Source: a virus. Taken from it: DNA of 64,000 nt. The position numbers and the translations under genes were made by a program. Below, piece by piece: positions 61,485-64,000 of the stretch. Below the pieces are notes generated by a model. That model was not told the DNA's origin, made no database searches, and saw only the letters and a list, made by a program, of their open reading frames with translations. The stretch's first letter is position 1; the number at the start of each line of letters is the position of its first letter. The stretch lies in IMG/VR virus record IMGVR_UViG_3300025446_000004, positions 25,757-89,756 of that record, one strand, 5' to 3'.

Positions 61485-63989
61485 CTATCTACCAAAAACT
61501 GTAACACTTGTTCCTATAGCAAAGTTATTTGACGCACTATTAGAAAATGTTATAGAATTTATCGCTGCCGTAGAATTCCAATATCCACTCATATCAGATG
61601 CCATAAACGAATTAGCATTACTTTGGCTACCAAAACCAAGAGATGTAACTCCTTTTGGAAGTGTTGTTCCAGCATAATTTGGAACGGTAACAGTAGCTAC
61701 ATCTATAGGCACTGGTCCTCCTACGGAACCTAAATTATCTATAACTGAAAGACCAGTTTGACCAGATGAGTTTAGGTTAAAAGAGGAACCCACCAATGCC
61801 TTAGTTCCTTGAAACCCATAATTTGACCCTGTGTCTCCATTAAATTGCAGTTTTAAATTAGACAGCGATGCACCGCTTACCATAAGACCACTAAATTGTA
61901 TTTCAATAATATGAGCAGTATTTGGTATCGATGAAATTGTTATTGTAGATGCTGGCGAAGACAATGTAGACGACAATACAAATCCACCACCACCACCACT
62001 AACTGCGCTGATAACACCAGCAGAAATGGTAATACTAGTATTATCCGGTTTAACCGATCCGAAACCACTAGAAGTAGCCACAGGAAGGTCAGCCGCAACA
62101 AGCGCACGAAACGTAGGAACTGCCGCAGAACCAGAGGCCGGACCAGCAAGCACTGTGTTTGCGGTTTTTGCCGGAAACACAGGAACGGGAGTTTGGTAAG
62201 ATGGCATAGCAAGTGGACCGTTGGATGTTAAAACATAACCATTAGTTCCAGCCGCTAATCCTTCTAGTTGTCCAGCAGAACCAACTGCTATCACACTTCC
62301 TTCTGACAATCCAGAGGCCGCTGCCGCTTTTAGACACACAATGCTAGCATAGACAGCATTAGTAGTTGTAGTAGACACATAAGTTATTGTGTCAGATATA
62401 CTACCTATGGACACTTTGGTTCCATACCAACTTGCATATGCTAAAACTGGTGCTCCGGCAATAGAATTGTTGGTAACAATGTTAGTATAACCATTGGTCT
62501 CTGAAAAAGTAGCACTACCTGAACCAACCTCCGCAAACCTAGTGGCAGCACTAACATGCACCAAATCGTTTACTGCCGTTGTAGTAACAGCACCGGTAGA
62601 TAACGACACTGTTCCACCGCCACTTGCATTCTGTGCGGAACTGGAAACATCTACTGAACCAACACCTGAATACTCGTATACAGTTACCGCACTAAAAAGA
62701 GTACCAGCCGCAACCGTTAACGGCCCCCCAACTACGTTAACCGCTACATATACTGAATAATCATAATACTCTCCAGAAATAAGTTGAGACGTTACAAGTG
62801 TCCAAACATTACCCTGATTATCAGATGGAGACGGTGAACCTGAGTCATGGTGAAAAAGTTCAAGAATTAGTGTACTTCCGGGAGACACATCATTAGTGGT
62901 GGATACTCCTGTTGCGTTTGCCGTAGCGTATTGCACGAAAACAGGAGATGAAACCGAAGATGTAGCTACTGCCCCCCTAGACGTAAAATAATTGCTATTA
63001 TCAGTACTGATATACACACCCATGCCGGTTGTTATCGTCAGATTGTCAATCAAACCGTCAATAGCAAGTCCATTAGGTATAATAGTAAGAGTACCCGGAC
63101 CTATGTTCTGAACACGAATGTTCCAAGTAGCGGCGGGTGGAGTAGCCGGTAGAGTAAGAGAGACGTTGGAAACACTCTCGAATACAATGTTTTTTCCACT
63201 ATCCCCAGTTACTGCCGTATAGCTTACAATTTTAACCGCAGTTCCCCCTACACCGGAACTTCCCACGGCAGAAATTACACCACCGCCGGTAATAGCAATG
63301 GTAGTTCCATCGGCCTCTACCGCCCCTAAAGTACTCGTAGTTGCTATTGGCAATCTTGCAGCATCAACTGTTCCCGAACTCAAGTTGCTAGCATCAGCAG
63401 CAAATGTTTCTGCATTAGACTGAGCAGTTGCAGCCGCACCAGAAACATCATAGACTCCAGAACCAATTACAGATTGTACATCTGAAGAACTAGCACTTAC
63501 AACTTGTTTACTGGCATTAGTACCGGCTACTTTCGCGCTTACTGGAACTGCTGCCCCATTGATTTGAGCTACAGTAGGATTAGGGTAACTTCCGCTAAGG
63601 TCACCACCAGCAGAACCAGAAGGAGCAGCAGCTACAGCCGATATTACTCCAGCCGTTTCTGTAATAGTAGTATTATCTACCTCTACCACTCCAAAAGCCG
63701 ATGCAGTTGCTTTTGCTACAGTAATTGCACCAGAAGAAACAGTTATAATAGTGCCATCTGGTTTTACTGCACCAAGCACAGAGTCAGTAGCAACAGGAAG
63801 GTCAGATGAGTCGATTGCACGGAATGTTGGCACTGCATCAACGCCAGATACAGGACCGGCGTAAACAGTGTTCTTAGTCTCAGTTGCCTTAGTAACGGTA
63901 AAAGTTCCGCTTCCTGTGATTGGAGAGCCGCCTACTGAAAACTCTCCCGGCATTGACAAAGCCGCGCTTGTTACTCCACTACCAGACAA
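61485..63989 (-). CDS. tail fibre/adhesin (5' end probably outside window)
   Basis: Ser/Thr/Gly/Ala-rich; repeated ATxSxxGxVxxDxTxITxxxGVISA and PTFRAL modules; AGGDLSGSYPNPTV. Confidence 0.8.
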   Translation of the reverse strand: MSGSGVTSAALSMPGEFSVGGSPITGSGTFTVTKATETKNTVYAGPVSGVDAVPTFRAIDSSDLPVATDSVLGAVKPDGTIITVSSGAITVAKATASAFGVVEVDNTTITETAGVISAVAAAPSGSAGGDLSGSYPNPTVAQINGAAVPVSAKVAGTNASKQVVSASSSDVQSVIGSGVYDVSGAAATAQSNAETFAADASNLSSGTVDAARLPIATTSTLGAVEADGTTIAITGGGVISAVGSSGVGGTAVKIVSYTAVTGDSGKNIVFESVSNVSLTLPATPPAATWNIRVQNIGPGTLTIIPNGLAIDGLIDNLTITTGMGVYISTDNSNYFTSRGAVATSSVSSPVFVQYATANATGVSTTNDVSPGSTLILELFHHDSGSPSPSDNQGNVWTLVTSQLISGEYYDYSVYVAVNVVGGPLTVAAGTLFSAVTVYEYSGVGSVDVSSSAQNASGGGTVSLSTGAVTTTAVNDLVHVSAATRFAEVGSGSATFSETNGYTNIVTNNSIAGAPVLAYASWYGTKVSIGSISDTITYVSTTTTNAVYASIVCLKAAAASGLSEGSVIAVGSAGQLEGLAAGTNGYVLTSNGPLAMPSYQTPVPVFPAKTANTVLAGPASGSAAVPTFRALVAADLPVATSSGFGSVKPDNTSITISAGVISAVSGGGGGFVLSSTLSSPASTITISSIPNTAHIIEIQFSGLMVSGASLSNLKLQFNGDTGSNYGFQGTKALVGSSFNLNSSGQTGLSVIDNLGSVGGPVPIDVATVTVPNYAGTTLPKGVTSLGFGSQSNANSFMASDMSGYWNSTAAINSITFSNSASNNFAIGTSVTVFGR

Positions 63990-64000
63990 AATCTGGTACT

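Noticed and set aside
1-64000. Genome-wide stop-codon reassignment
   Set aside because: TGA, TAG and TAA all end well-defined genes with tight start/stop overlaps; long genes are intact in the standard code

Overview
This is a 64-kb segment of a large dsDNA bacteriophage, probably podovirus-like, since it has internal-virion/ejection proteins with an SLT domain and no tape-measure gene in view. The + strand from about 1.9 to 48.9 kb carries replication, repair and RNA-repair genes: family A DNA polymerase, primase-helicase, SF2 helicase, RecA, Endo VII, PD-(D/E)XK nuclease, Rnl1 and DRB0094-type RNA ligases, and many HNH and small ORFs. The - strand from 49 to 64 kb carries lysis and virion genes. 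Host sigma70-type promoters recur throughout. Standout features: (1) a circularly permuted two-piece tmRNA gene (about 24.78-25.16 kb) with a 27-aa tag, whose 11-nt intervening spacer is itself a motif (TAAAAATATAT) repeated across the window; (2) a compositionally distinct ~9-kb block (10.6-19.6 kb) whose long non-coding flanks hold a perfect parS palindrome, LacI/cre-like operators, iteron-like repeats and ~25 same-strand GGCGGCCC copies, and which encloses an AAA ATPase/DUF1257/DUF2997/radical SAM/DUF3150-like operon in which the ATPase has Walker B before Walker A; (3) a cluster of unassigned structured RNAs and atypical tRNAs at 5.5-6.9 kb. Several genes are broken at homopolymer runs, so sequencing error must be considered. 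All family calls come from motif recognition by eye; no database searches were run.
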